Below are positions 49,874 through 60,820 of a stretch of DNA of 64,000 bases, piece after piece. The notes under the pieces were generated by a model. The model was not told the origin of the DNA, searched no databases, and was given only the letters and a program-made list of their open reading frames with translations. Origin of the DNA: Candidatus Moanibacter sp. (GTDB taxonomy: Bacteria; Verrucomicrobiota; Verrucomicrobiia; Opitutales; UBA2987). The first letter of the stretch is position 1; each line of letters begins with the position of its first letter. A program made the translations under genes and the position numbers. The stretch covers positions 1 to 64,000 of the forward strand of contig CBDCEW010000088.1 of assembly GCA_965215885.1 (NCBI GenBank), given 5' to 3'.

Positions 49874-49876
49874 TGT

Positions 49877-51271
49877 GTGCCTCCGTGCTTCTCGTTGGTC
49901 CTCTTTGGCCCCTCTTTTGTCCTTCTGCCATCCAATTTGATTTCGGCGGTAGGCTGCAGTAGGAAATTTCAAAATAATCAGGGAGTGCCGGCACCCCTTC
50001 GACAGAGCATCCCAATATTTCTCGCGTTAGCTGGGTGCACTTCCGTTCTCGAGGGACAGTTGACAGCCTTGGGAGAAGCGCCTGATTGGGACAAGCTGGA
50101 AAGGTATCAGGAGACGATTACTCGAGATGAGTTCGTGAGACTCCTGGAAGAGGTTTACAGCCCTGACGGAGGGTATCGAGAGACCGTAGAAATTACTGCC
50201 GACGAGGCGCTGATTAAGAAGGGGGAAGAACGCGGAATTTCGCGGTATCGACTACGCTTTTCGGGAGGGGATAAGAAAGTCAACAGAAAGGATCGTTTCT
50301 GGCGAATTCGATCGGAGATTCCGACACACAGGGATAAAATCTTGAATGGGTTGCGAGTAGCTTTGGATCCGGGGCATATCGGGGGTCGCTATGCCAGAAT
50401 GGAGGAGCGCTGGTTCAGGGTTTTGGATCAGAGGCCTGTAATGGAGGGTGATCTGAATCTGAGAGTGGCTCGATTGCTACGGGAGCGGTTGAGGGAACGA
50501 GGCGCCGCGGTTTGGCTGTTGCGGGAAGGTAGCGAGCCAGTTACCCAGGAGACTCCCGAAAGTCTGCGTACGGTTGCGGTGGAGGAGCTATCCCACGGGA
50601 GATTGAAAGGTGATGAGACGGATGGATATGGGATTAGCGGCTTCGGCGAGAATATTGCCGCCAAAGAAACTGAGTTAAGAAAGCTGAGTGAGTTGCTATT
50701 CTATCGAATGAGCGAAATAAGAGCACGGGCGAGGCTTATAAATGAGATTATCAGACCAGATCTAGTAGTTGCAATCCACTTCAATGCGGCGCCCTGGCGG
50801 GACGCGGAGAAGCGCACACTGGTAACGGAAAATCACATGCATGTTCTCATCAACGGCGCTTACAGCAGTGAAGAACTCGCTTACGACGATACAAGATTTA
50901 AAATGGTCCAAAAACTACTGTCGAACGTGGTGGAGGAGGAGTTGCCTCTTGCTTCCACAGTGGCAAAGTCGATGGCGAGGGCGACAGGTTTGCCGCCCTT
51001 TCACTACGAAGGAAAGAACGCTGCCGCGATTAAAGGAGAACCATATGTGTGGGCGCGAAACTTGATTGCCAATCGGCTCTATCAATGTCCCGTTATTTAT
51101 CTCGAACCTTACGTCGTGAACAGCAGGATTGTTCACTCCCGAGTCCAGGCGGGAGATTTTAACGGAGAGAGAGAGATCGAGGGTGAGCGCTACCCGAGTA
51201 TCTTCCAGGAATATGCGGATGGAGTGGTGAAGGGGTTGGAATTGTACTATGGAGCCATCGGGCCACACTGA
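49877..51271 (+). CDS. N-acetylmuramoyl-L-alanine amidase-like protein (start probably ~49985)
   Basis: VALDPGHIGG, EGDLNL, AIHFNA and IYLE metal-ligand motifs of Amidase_3. Confidence 0.75.
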   Translation: MPPCFSLVLFGPSFVLLPSNLISAVGCSRKFQNNQGVPAPLRQSIPIFLALAGCTSVLEGQLTALGEAPDWDKLERYQETITRDEFVRLLEEVYSPDGGYRETVEITADEALIKKGEERGISRYRLRFSGGDKKVNRKDRFWRIRSEIPTHRDKILNGLRVALDPGHIGGRYARMEERWFRVLDQRPVMEGDLNLRVARLLRERLRERGAAVWLLREGSEPVTQETPESLRTVAVEELSHGRLKGDETDGYGISGFGENIAAKETELRKLSELLFYRMSEIRARARLINEIIRPDLVVAIHFNAAPWRDAEKRTLVTENHMHVLINGAYSSEELAYDDTRFKMVQKLLSNVVEEELPLASTVAKSMARATGLPPFHYEGKNAAAIKGEPYVWARNLIANRLYQCPVIYLEPYVVNSRIVHSRVQAGDFNGEREIEGERYPSIFQEYADGVVKGLELYYGAIGPH

Positions 51272-51600
51272 GAGAAGAGAATTGAACAAAAGGAAATCCC
51301 TTCGACGCGGCTCCCGCCTTCGTCCAGCCGAGCAGGACTTCGACGCGGCTCAGGGCAGGAAAGTGAAACGAAGAGGAGATTTCGAATCCTCCCGGTCCTC
51401 CCGGCAAGCCGGGACCGGGAGGACCGGGAAACATCCTTCAAAGGGAGATCGATGGAGTTTCCTTCTGCATTCGTCCCGGCATGCCGGGATGCATCTGCGC
51501 TTCTCATCTTCTTTTTTAGTTGCGGCCTGGCTGCGCTAGGAAATCCGTGGTTAATTCGATTTCCGCTGCCCACTTCTTTAACGCCTACCACGGGACCTAG

Positions 51601-51676
51601 CCCGAACATTTCACAAACCTTCTGCTACGATCCCGGCGCGTCTGGATCTCGCTACGAAGTGTGTGAAATGTCCGGG
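51601..51676. mobile_element. MITE copy B (short; CTAG on the left, CTCG on the right)
   Basis: CCCGAACATTTCACAAAC ... GTGTGTGAAATGTCCGGG (16/18). Confidence 0.75.
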
Positions 51677-51744
51677 CTCGCGATGACCGAAATTTTCGAT
51701 GGCCTTCGGGTGGGATTTCGGTTTTTGTAGTGTTTTTCAGCGCC

Positions 51745-52686
51745 ATGTTAATCGTTAGGCGAAATTTGATAGTTGTGCTATGCCTGGCAGTTGGTTGCCA
51801 ATCGGCATTTGCTCTTTCGACAATTGAGCTTGCCAATGGAAGTCGGTTGAGGGTGGAGGTGCTCTCAGAGAAACCGGATCGCATCTTTATAGATTTGGGT
51901 TTTTCGATACTGGCAATCCCGCGCGAGACAATACTTCGGATTTACAACGAAAAGACGGTTAAAGAGGGAGAGCAGTTCGGAGAGGATCTCTACCGGGAAA
52001 ACGAAGATAGCGCGGAGCTTTCATTGAGAGAATTAGCTGAAAGAAATAGCGAATCCGTAGTGCTGATACGCACCGCGATTGGGCAGGGTTCCGGATTCGT
52101 CATACATCCGGAGGGCTATGTAGTAACGAACAATCACGTAATTGCAGGAGAGCATGAGATTTCGATTACTCTTTTTGACGAGGGAGGGAAAGAGATGAAG
52201 AGAGTGCAATTCAATAACGTGAGAATTGTTGCTACGGTTTCGGAGTTGGACCTCGCTCTTGTAAAGATCGAAGATACAGGTAGTCACGTATTCAAGACGG
52301 TTGCTCTGGGAGAGTCCGATGATCTTCGGCAGGGACAAACGGTATTTGCGATTGGAAATCCACTGGGGCTTGATCGGAGTGTTTCGGAAGGCATCGTGAG
52401 TTTGAAAAACAGGCTCATTGGCGGAAGACTCTTTGTGCAGACGACGGCTGAGATCAATCGGGGTAATTCGGGTGGTCCGCTCTTCAATATGAGAGGTGAA
52501 GTAATCGGCGTAAATAACATGAAAGTGGTGGCGCAGGGAGCGGAAGGCCTCGGATTTGCAATACCTTCGAGCGTCCTGAAGATGTTTCTAAGCAATCGAG
52601 ACACATACTCTTTTGATCCGAGGAATCCCAATTCCGGATATCGCTATAATCGGCCGCCGCGCCAGTCTAGCGTTTCGGAAAATTGA
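51745..52686 (+). CDS. Secreted trypsin-like S1C serine protease without a PDZ domain
   Basis: GSGF, TNNHV, DLALVK and INRGNSGGPL; signal peptide. Confidence 0.92.
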   Translation: MLIVRRNLIVVLCLAVGCQSAFALSTIELANGSRLRVEVLSEKPDRIFIDLGFSILAIPRETILRIYNEKTVKEGEQFGEDLYRENEDSAELSLRELAERNSESVVLIRTAIGQGSGFVIHPEGYVVTNNHVIAGEHEISITLFDEGGKEMKRVQFNNVRIVATVSELDLALVKIEDTGSHVFKTVALGESDDLRQGQTVFAIGNPLGLDRSVSEGIVSLKNRLIGGRLFVQTTAEINRGNSGGPLFNMRGEVIGVNNMKVVAQGAEGLGFAIPSSVLKMFLSNRDTYSFDPRNPNSGYRYNRPPRQSSVSEN

Positions 52687-52714
52687 CCCCATCATTTCTC
52701 GAATTTTTGAAACA

Positions 52715-54526
52715 ATGGGGTTGAAGCACCGAGAATTGCTTGGATATCTGCTGGTTTGCGCTCTGTATACTTTCCCGTCCGCAGTGAAGGGAGGTACAGG
52801 TGAGACGGTTAACCTGGAAGAAGCGTTGCCGGATACTATTCTCGGGTACGTAAGAATACGCAGCATATCGCGCTTGGCAGAGGAATACCGGGAAAATCCG
52901 ATTTTATCTCTCTGGCGAGATGATGAGGTCGTGGCTTTCTTCAAACCACTTCGTGACAGATACGGCGGCGAGGAGATATTTGACGAGCTTTTTGAAGAAC
53001 TGGGTGTCAACAAGGAGGAATTTATTGAGCTCTTCCCGGGGCAGTGTGTTATGTCTTTACCCGACATTACATTTGGAGAGAAGGAACACGGTGACGACGG
53101 TGAATTTTCGAGTATGCTTTACCTGATCGATTACTCCGGTGATTTCGATACATTGAAAGCAATGATGGAGTCCTCGGCTCGTTACGATAGTAATAGTGAG
53201 GGGACAGAACATCGGCTGATCGAAGATGACTATCTGGAGGCGCCTCTCTTCCTCGAGGAAGTCGTGGACGGAGAGAGGGTATTCCTGGCTGGAGGATACG
53301 CATTGGTTGGGAAAGTGCTCGTGATCGCGTCTCCAATTTCGTTGCTGAAAGAAACAGTAGCGCGTCTGCGAAAGGATGGAAGTTTGGCTTCTCTGGCTGA
53401 AGAATCGGGATACAGAAAAGTACGGGACTGGATCGGGGAGGGCGATGTGGAGATATTCTTAAACTTGAAGCCGATAGTAGGCAAACTGGAGGCCTATATT
53501 TCGAAGTTATCCGCCACGACTTCACTGAGCGCACTGGGCATTACCCCAAATAACCTGGTTGAAGCCCTCTCAGTCGATGTCCTGGAATCCATTTACATGT
53601 CGGTCGGATTCGGCGACGATTTCACGGCCTTTGATTCGGGGATTTTCTTCAGGGAGAAGCGGGGGCTGGTTTCACTTTTGACCTATGAAAACGGTGATAT
53701 TCCTCAACCCGAGTTTGTTCCGCCTGACGTGCTGACTGTCTCCGCTACCCGGTTCAGCTTGAGAGAGTTCTGGAAAAAGTTCGAGGAATTGCTAATTGGA
53801 GTCAGTCCCCTTGTTGGTGGAATTTATGCCGTTACGTGGGATCAGTTGAATGCATCGATGGGATTGGATTTTCGAGCCAATCTAATCGAAAATCTAGGCG
53901 ATGAGTTTATTGTGTATAGCGGCTTTGGACAAGGAGAGGCAGGTTCCGGTCAGGAAGGGTTGGAAGATCTGAGCCAGGTCTACGTCATTTCGATCAAAGA
54001 TCGGCAGGGGTTTGAATTGGGGATAGATGGCATTAAGAGGATCTTCGCAGGAGAAGGAGAGATTTTCGAGGAGCGTGAATACTTGGGGAACACAATATTT
54101 GTATTGAGGTCGGAGTATCGATACCCGGCTTACCAGACGCTGGGAATTCAATCGCTAGCGTATGCCTTGACGGATAGCTACCTGTTTCTTTGTCTCGGTT
54201 CGACGACCCTTTTGGAGGCTGCATTAGCGCGCCTTTCCAATGGGAAAGATTCGATTTGGGAAAGTGAACCCATTCGATCTGCGCTAGGGCGAATTCCGGA
54301 AGGGGGCGTGGAGATCGATTACTACAATCTCGGAGCCCTTCTGAGAACCTTGTTCATTGCGCTTGTCCCGATTGAGGAGACTTTAGGTGTGGGCCGGGAT
54401 GAACTCGTTTTCTGCAATCCCGCGGCACTCCCGAAGGAGGTGGATTTCCCATATTTTCTGATCGGGAAGATCTATTCTGAATCAGACCGGCTATACGGAA
54501 AATCGCTGCTCTTGAGGAAGGAATAG
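52715..54526 (+). CDS. Secreted hypothetical protein (DUF3352-like)
   Basis: Signal peptide; two similar alpha/beta halves (EDDYLEAPLF / EREYLGNTIF); acidic. Confidence 0.65.
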   Translation: MGLKHRELLGYLLVCALYTFPSAVKGGTGETVNLEEALPDTILGYVRIRSISRLAEEYRENPILSLWRDDEVVAFFKPLRDRYGGEEIFDELFEELGVNKEEFIELFPGQCVMSLPDITFGEKEHGDDGEFSSMLYLIDYSGDFDTLKAMMESSARYDSNSEGTEHRLIEDDYLEAPLFLEEVVDGERVFLAGGYALVGKVLVIASPISLLKETVARLRKDGSLASLAEESGYRKVRDWIGEGDVEIFLNLKPIVGKLEAYISKLSATTSLSALGITPNNLVEALSVDVLESIYMSVGFGDDFTAFDSGIFFREKRGLVSLLTYENGDIPQPEFVPPDVLTVSATRFSLREFWKKFEELLIGVSPLVGGIYAVTWDQLNASMGLDFRANLIENLGDEFIVYSGFGQGEAGSGQEGLEDLSQVYVISIKDRQGFELGIDGIKRIFAGEGEIFEEREYLGNTIFVLRSEYRYPAYQTLGIQSLAYALTDSYLFLCLGSTTLLEAALARLSNGKDSIWESEPIRSALGRIPEGGVEIDYYNLGALLRTLFIALVPIEETLGVGRDELVFCNPAALPKEVDFPYFLIGKIYSESDRLYGKSLLLRKE

Positions 54527-54577
54527 GCTCTTACCTGGGGAAAAGAGAATTGAACAGAAGAACACAAAGTATTCTAG

Positions 54578-54753
54578 CCCGAACATTTCACAAACCTTCA
54601 ACTACGACCGCGTATGTCACTACGTCTCAAAGCCTTCCCTTGCCCGGCGCGACCTCACAGGGTCCCAACACGCTGTCGCCCGCCGGCCTGCAGAAAGGCC
54701 TTGATACGCAGCAACCTACGCCGTCTCGCAACGAAGTGTGTGAAATGTCCAGG
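54578..54753. mobile_element. CTAG-flanked MITE, copy C
   Basis: CCCGAACATTTCACAAAC ... GTGTGTGAAATGTCCAGG with CTAG on both sides. Confidence 0.78.
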
Positions 54754-55289
54754 CTAGCGCAGTAGAGCTGCAACCAAAAAAGAAAAAGAGAACCGCAAAT
54801 GGACGCAAATGAACGCGAATAAAGAGGAAGGCACCACGGATTCGAGAAAACCGAAGATTTGATGAAGAGGGATTCCCAACGGTTCGACAGGCTCGCCCCG
54901 AACTCATAAACAGTGAGGAGATTCTTGATCGAATCGAGAAGGTAACTCGGAATACCCTGGTAACCTTGTCCCGAACCTTGTCGACACCACAACATTGAAT
55001 ACCAACATGTTACACTCCAAAACGTGTTCAAAAAACTAAGTTATGACGGATAGTAATACAGAGAGAAAGAGGAAAGAGTTCTCACGCAAAGCTCCCGGCA
55101 AGCCGGGACAAAGGGGGAGAGGAAAAATCTGGCGTAGGGCAGACTCTACGAGATTGAGAGTTGAATAAGGAAAGCAGGAATGCAGGAAATTCAAAGTATT
55201 GTGGTCGAAGCGCCCCACCTGAACTTCAACCATTCAATTCTCCCGGCGCGCCGGGACCAGGAAACACTGAAACCTCACACCCGAAACCT

Positions 55290-57617
55290 ATGACTTCGTA
55301 TCTACTTTTAATCCGGACTGGACACCGCGGTGTTCTCGAATCCGTGGGCCTACTGCTCCTTCTCTTTTGCGGGGTCGGAATGGAGGCTCGACCCATTCAC
55401 CTATCGGGACCTGAAGTAGCCAAAATCGACTGGAACACGCGATCTCTCGTGACGGGAGATCTCAATAATGACGGACTGCAGGATTTGGCGCTAATTAATA
55501 ATGACCGAGCGAAAATAGAGATACTCTATCAGCAGGATCCGAAGAATCCACAGAAGACAGCGTCTCGAAGGGTACGGAAAAACCGTTGGGAACCGATTCT
55601 TGAAGACTCCCGGTTTCGGCGAGAGAGCATTATCAATGGCAGTTATCTCTATGCACTGGCGCTGGGAGATCTGAACGGTGACGAAACGGTCGATCTGATT
55701 TACACCGGTAGCCATGATCCCCTTACAGTACGCTATCAGGACAAAGATTCGTTTTGGAATGAGACATGGACCTACGGTGAGCTGGAACCGCTACAGTGGA
55801 CTTCGACATTGCGGGTTTGGGACGTTAATCTCGATCAACGTAAGGACTTGCTGGTTCTAGCGAAGGAAAAAATCCTGGTATTTTACCAGACCGCGTCCGG
55901 CGAATTGTCCGAACCGGAAACGATCAGAATAGCCGAGGAGAAGAGTATTGGCCTTAACGTCTCCGACATAAACGGTGATCAATTGCCTGATATTTTTTAT
56001 ATCGTGGCAAACGATCGGAGGGCACTGCGGCTTCGCTTTCAACTGATGGGAGGAGGGTTCGGACCGGAACTGGCACTCCCGTTGGCGACGGCGACAGGGA
56101 ATCTGCAGTTCTGGGAATTGGACAGTAACGGGGGGAGGGTATTCGCGCACATCCAGGCCAGAAGCCACCTGATGGAGATATTCTCAATCGAGGAAGTTGA
56201 GGGGGGTGCACGGGAGACGTTTCAACCCCGGAGTTATATGATCGGGACCACTTCACGTTCTCCCGCGATCTATGCGATGGGAGATTTCAACAATAACGAT
56301 CGCCAGGATCTCGCAGTGGCTGATCCCAAAGGTGCGCGGGTTATTCTCTATTTGCAGGAGCCGGAAGGGACCTTTGCCGAACCGATATCGTTTCCCTCGT
56401 TTTCAAGTATTTCAGGGCTAGCCTCGGGAGATTTTGACGGTAGTGGGCGGGAATCAATCGTCGTTGTAAGTGAGAGAGAGGGGATAGTCGGTGTTTCCCA
56501 ATTATCGCAGTCCGGCAGGTTCAGTTTTCCGGATCTCCTGGAATTGAAGGGTGAACCGGTTTGCGCAACGGCAGGCGATCTCGATGGGGATCAGGTGTTC
56601 GAGATCCTTGTCGTGGAGAAAATTGAAAGGGACTATGAGCTATCCGTTTACACTGCTTTACGAGGGAAATCCTACAGTCGCGGGAGCAGTCATTCGCTCA
56701 GCGAAACTCGGCGAAATCCGAACGCTCTGAAGCTTTTCGACCTGAATGGTGACAGCCGCCTCGATGTCATAGTGCTTGTCCCACGTGAGGCCTCTCAATT
56801 CCTCGTTCAGGAGAAAGGGGGAGAGTTTTCGGAAGTGGCCGTAAATTCAGCCATCCGAAAAGGCCTCCTTACGGATCTGCGGCTGGCGGACTTGGGTAGG
56901 GGAGACCTCGATGGAGATGGAGTCGATGAGCTAATCATCGCTACGGAAGGATTTGCCCGATCAGTACGGTTGAATGGGGAGGGCAATCTAGAGATAATCG
57001 ATCAATATAACGCCCGCCAAAGTGACGACCGAATCAGAGGTCCTATCGTCCACGACCTAGACCGTGATGGGGAGAGCGACCTGCTCTTTTATCATCAACC
57101 GGATCAGTCGATCCAGCTGCTGAAGAGAGATGCAAGTGGAGTTTACCGTTACGACAGCTCATTTGAAGTTGGGGATATTGAGCTCGTATCGAACGAACTG
57201 GTAGAATTGGGAAAGGAAAACGAAACTCACCTTATGTTCCTTGGCAAGGATCGATTTTGGGTCGTACCCCTGAATGGCCCGCGTTGGCAGGTTGAAATGA
57301 TCTTCACCTATGAGACGGAGCTTAAGGAGATCAAATATACCAGCCTGGAAATAGGGGATTTGAATGCCGATGGAATTAAAGAGGTGATGGCTATTGATGC
57401 GAAGAGCCACATCCTGGAGATTCTCAGGGAGGTTCCTGAAGAGGGATGGACGAGTGCCTTGCATTTTACGATATTTGATGAGGATTTGCACTTTAAGGGC
57501 CGCCGCGGCGCGGCGTTGGAACCGCGGGAAACGGTGGTAGCGGATCTAACCGGCGATGGAAAAGAGGATTTCGCCTTCCTGATTCACGATCGGGTGCTGC
57601 TGTATTACCAAGACTAG
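55290..57617 (+). CDS. VCBS/FG-GAP repeat beta-propeller protein
   Basis: Many GDLNNDGxxD-type repeats; signal-like N-terminus from ATG 55290. Confidence 0.9.
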   Translation: MTSYLLLIRTGHRGVLESVGLLLLLFCGVGMEARPIHLSGPEVAKIDWNTRSLVTGDLNNDGLQDLALINNDRAKIEILYQQDPKNPQKTASRRVRKNRWEPILEDSRFRRESIINGSYLYALALGDLNGDETVDLIYTGSHDPLTVRYQDKDSFWNETWTYGELEPLQWTSTLRVWDVNLDQRKDLLVLAKEKILVFYQTASGELSEPETIRIAEEKSIGLNVSDINGDQLPDIFYIVANDRRALRLRFQLMGGGFGPELALPLATATGNLQFWELDSNGGRVFAHIQARSHLMEIFSIEEVEGGARETFQPRSYMIGTTSRSPAIYAMGDFNNNDRQDLAVADPKGARVILYLQEPEGTFAEPISFPSFSSISGLASGDFDGSGRESIVVVSEREGIVGVSQLSQSGRFSFPDLLELKGEPVCATAGDLDGDQVFEILVVEKIERDYELSVYTALRGKSYSRGSSHSLSETRRNPNALKLFDLNGDSRLDVIVLVPREASQFLVQEKGGEFSEVAVNSAIRKGLLTDLRLADLGRGDLDGDGVDELIIATEGFARSVRLNGEGNLEIIDQYNARQSDDRIRGPIVHDLDRDGESDLLFYHQPDQSIQLLKRDASGVYRYDSSFEVGDIELVSNELVELGKENETHLMFLGKDRFWVVPLNGPRWQVEMIFTYETELKEIKYTSLEIGDLNADGIKEVMAIDAKSHILEILREVPEEGWTSALHFTIFDEDLHFKGRRGAALEPRETVVADLTGDGKEDFAFLIHDRVLLYYQD

Positions 57618-60112
57618 CGGAAACGGAGGATGCAATGGTAGCGTTGGGTTTGTGCCGCAGAGAGGCGGGGGAGATCGGCGTAGTGGGCGGGCGGAGCGTT
57701 GCTGCCTATAGCATTTCGGGAAGCGGCCTTTAGTTCAGACCAGCGTTTCCAGGGGTATTCCGGTGCGTTGGAGATATGGTTGAGGAGGCTGCGCCACTCC
57801 AAACCGACCCGTTCTATGTCGCCCAAAAGCATATCATTCTGTTCCGATAAGTTCATCTTTGATCCCATCGAAACGGATTCAGAAAGAACCTCGGCGGCGC
57901 CGTCTCCGTAATCGACCGGTCTACCCTTTTCGAGGTAACCTGGAAAAGAGTTACCGGAATAGGCGATCTGACAGATCGTACCAAGGCGGCTGCTGTAGGC
58001 TTCAAATTCGGTGAAACGGTGGCCGGCCCGTAGATTCGCGAGATCGTAGACAAGGTCCTGGATATCGTAGGATTCATCTTCCAATGCGGCGGTGATAGCG
58101 AGGCCTTCGCCGTAATTAAAGAAGCTGAATATGATTCCGCGGCGAGTGGGATGAGCGCGTCTATCGATCAAGCCGAGCTGGTACCAGGCGTATGCCGGGG
58201 ATGGGGCGGGACCTTCCTTTCCGAGCGCCTTTTGAAAAGAGAAATCAAAGCCCTCGTCACGTTTTTTCTGGGGAGGGTTAATAAGACGTTTTCCCTCTGA
58301 GTCGGCATAGACGAAGAGTTCTGCTTCAGAGAAATCCAAGCGTGCGCTTATGAGGTCGGTTTTCTCTACCAGTTCGTGGACCCTGCCCCCGCCTGTGATT
58401 TGGATAAGGAGAGGAACGATCTCTTTTTTCAGGCGCGAGAGAGTCCATTTTCGACGGTAAATTCTCCTGTTCCTGTGATTGTGGCGTCCCTGCTCCCTGA
58501 CTTTTCGGTGCAGCCATTTCGTGAGGATCAGCTCCCTGCCGTTCTCCCTTTCAAGGACAGTTGCCAGAGGCACTTCGCGACCATAGTTCACGCCCTCAGC
58601 CGTCTCGATTCTGCAGACACTACCGACCCGAATTCGGGTAATCGCGGCCGGAATTTGAAGGGCGGGTAACCATTGATTCCGGCTGTAGAAGAGCGCGTTT
58701 CCCAGAGTGTCTCTTACAGGCGCTTTGCGGCGTTCCCATTTGCCCTGTGAGTTGAGAATCTCGATCACGGTTTGGCGGGAGGGAGTAGTACCTGTGGAAT
58801 GAAGATTTGTATCAGACTGAGAGGATTGCACTTTCAGGAATTCGTTCAGTCCAAGAGGAACTCTCTGATTGCTGAAAAGGCGCTCGGTTAAGAGTGAAGC
58901 GGCGCGTTCCGGGCTCCCATCCCGTTCAACCGCCGATCGCATTACGGCAATGATGGCGGGCCATTCGAGTTGATTAATTCTCTTGAGCTGCATCGGTCGT
59001 CCCTCACTCAGACGGGGCTTTCCAGGCGTAACAAGAATGAATCCTTTTTTGTCAAGGCCCCGGCGACCCGATCGGCCGAACATCTGCAGCAGTTCGTCCG
59101 GACGAATTTCGGAATAGAATTCACCCACCCGGTATTGGCGGTCGGTAACCGTCACGGAACGGAGAGAGAAGTTAATACCAGCAGCGAGGCCGGTTGTGCT
59201 CACGACTACGCGGAGTTGGCCCGATTTGGCCAGCGGTTCGACCAGCGCGGCACGTTGCCGGTAAGTGAGTCCACTGTGATGAAAAGCGATTCGGTTCTTG
59301 AGGAGTTTGGAGAGATCCTTTCCGGCGAGATGCTTCTGCTCACGGCTGAGAGGTAGAGTTTGGTCGATTGGCAGGGCCGAGGAAAGTTGGCGGGCCAGAT
59401 TTTCGCTCGCTTGTCGACGTGGAGCGAAAACTAGAATCGGCCCAAGATCCGCCATGAGCGCTTTGGCAATCGTCCGCGGCCAGAATCCACGAACTCTCTC
59501 TGGGACGCGGCCGGGAAGCGCTTCGACAAAGCACTCCTCCAGGGGTACGGGTCTCTCCATTGAGCGGATGAGGGCAGCATTTCGGCCAATGCGCACAAGC
59601 CAGTCAACGACATGTGTCGGGTTGCCGACGGTGCCGCTTAGGAGCAGGAGTTGGGTCTGGGGTGGCGCCAGGGCGAGAATAAGCTCGTAGTTTACCCCGC
59701 GAGCCGGATCGGCGAGCATCTGATATTCGTCCACGACCAGAAGTCCGGGACCTTCCCCTTGTAGAAATCGCTGCTTTTGAGTCTCAAGAGTGGCGACGAT
59801 GACGGGTGCATCGAGATTGTCTGATACGTCTCCGGTAGTTATACCGACTTCCCATCCGCGAATTCGCCATTCCAGTAGCTTGTCATTTGCCAAAGCACGC
59901 GTCGGAACGGTGTAGATGGCTTTCTTTCGATAGCCTCCCTGGATGAAGAGCTCAAAGATATAGGTCTTTCCAGCCCCTGTTGGAGCATCGACAATGACAT
60001 CGCGGCCCGCCTTCAACTGGCGAATCGCTTCCTGCTGCCAGAGATCGGGAATTTGCAGATTAAACTCGAGGTCCTGCATGGTGACGAAATCCTTGCGGAC
60101 GACATTGGACAA
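57614..60112 (-). CDS. Ski2-like SF2 (DExH/Q) helicase
   Basis: APTGAGKT, PTRALAND, DEYQ, LSGT, HHSGL and QMFGRSGRRG. Confidence 0.9.
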   Translation of the reverse strand: MSNVVRKDFVTMQDLEFNLQIPDLWQQEAIRQLKAGRDVIVDAPTGAGKTYIFELFIQGGYRKKAIYTVPTRALANDKLLEWRIRGWEVGITTGDVSDNLDAPVIVATLETQKQRFLQGEGPGLLVVDEYQMLADPARGVNYELILALAPPQTQLLLLSGTVGNPTHVVDWLVRIGRNAALIRSMERPVPLEECFVEALPGRVPERVRGFWPRTIAKALMADLGPILVFAPRRQASENLARQLSSALPIDQTLPLSREQKHLAGKDLSKLLKNRIAFHHSGLTYRQRAALVEPLAKSGQLRVVVSTTGLAAGINFSLRSVTVTDRQYRVGEFYSEIRPDELLQMFGRSGRRGLDKKGFILVTPGKPRLSEGRPMQLKRINQLEWPAIIAVMRSAVERDGSPERAASLLTERLFSNQRVPLGLNEFLKVQSSQSDTNLHSTGTTPSRQTVIEILNSQGKWERRKAPVRDTLGNALFYSRNQWLPALQIPAAITRIRVGSVCRIETAEGVNYGREVPLATVLERENGRELILTKWLHRKVREQGRHNHRNRRIYRRKWTLSRLKKEIVPLLIQITGGGRVHELVEKTDLISARLDFSEAELFVYADSEGKRLINPPQKKRDEGFDFSFQKALGKEGPAPSPAYAWYQLGLIDRRAHPTRRGIIFSFFNYGEGLAITAALEDESYDIQDLVYDLANLRAGHRFTEFEAYSSRLGTICQIAYSGNSFPGYLEKGRPVDYGDGAAEVLSESVSMGSKMNLSEQNDMLLGDIERVGLEWRSLLNHISNAPEYPWKRWSELKAASRNAIGSNAPPAHYADLPRLSAAQTQRYHCILRFR

Positions 60113-60318
60113 TGTTCGGTATCCAGTGTCCAGTAATCAGTTTCGTTGAGTTCGCGCAATGGTGGCATTGTTCGTTATTCGCCGAAATACGAACAGACCT
60201 ACGGCTCTGATTTTGGGACTGATGAATTTCTTTACATTTTTTTTAAATAAGTTTCATAAGTTATTGACTATGTTATACCTTGACAATATGAGGACTATGC
60301 CGATTAATAAATGGAACA

Positions 60319-60795
60319 ATGAAAAGGAAGAACCGATACTCCAACGAGCCGACGTTTCCACACCTTGGTAAACGTTCAGCAAAAAAGAAGGGATTTTCCC
60401 TGGTTGAATTTATGGTCGGGTCAGGAGTAATGACTCTGGTATTAGCTGGCTGCTTCAGCGGCATCGGTCAGGCACTCCAGATCAGCGAGAATGTGAAGAG
60501 CGGCAATTTCGCGGCGCAGATTCTTCAGAGCGAGATAGATGAGATTCACACGTTGCAGTGGAACGAAGTCAATCAGCTACCGAGTAGTGGGAATTTTGAT
60601 CCCAAGGCCTACTTTTCGATAATCCCGCTCAGAGACTACAGTTGCCAGCGCTCCATCACGGACCTGGGAAGCCTTCAGAAGGAAATTCGGCTGACGGTGT
60701 CCTGGACGGATCTGAAAGGTCTCAGCCACGATCGCGAACACGTCACTTATTACACCAAAGACGGTCTATACGATTACACTTACCGCGCGCTGTAA
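60319..60795 (+). CDS. Type IV pilin-like protein (prepilin N-methylation motif)
   Basis: KKKG|FSLVEFMV class III signal peptide followed by a hydrophobic helix. Confidence 0.85.
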   Translation: MKRKNRYSNEPTFPHLGKRSAKKKGFSLVEFMVGSGVMTLVLAGCFSGIGQALQISENVKSGNFAAQILQSEIDEIHTLQWNEVNQLPSSGNFDPKAYFSIIPLRDYSCQRSITDLGSLQKEIRLTVSWTDLKGLSHDREHVTYYTKDGLYDYTYRAL

Positions 60796-60820
60796 GCCCT
60801 TTCGTAGAGAAGAGCCAGCA

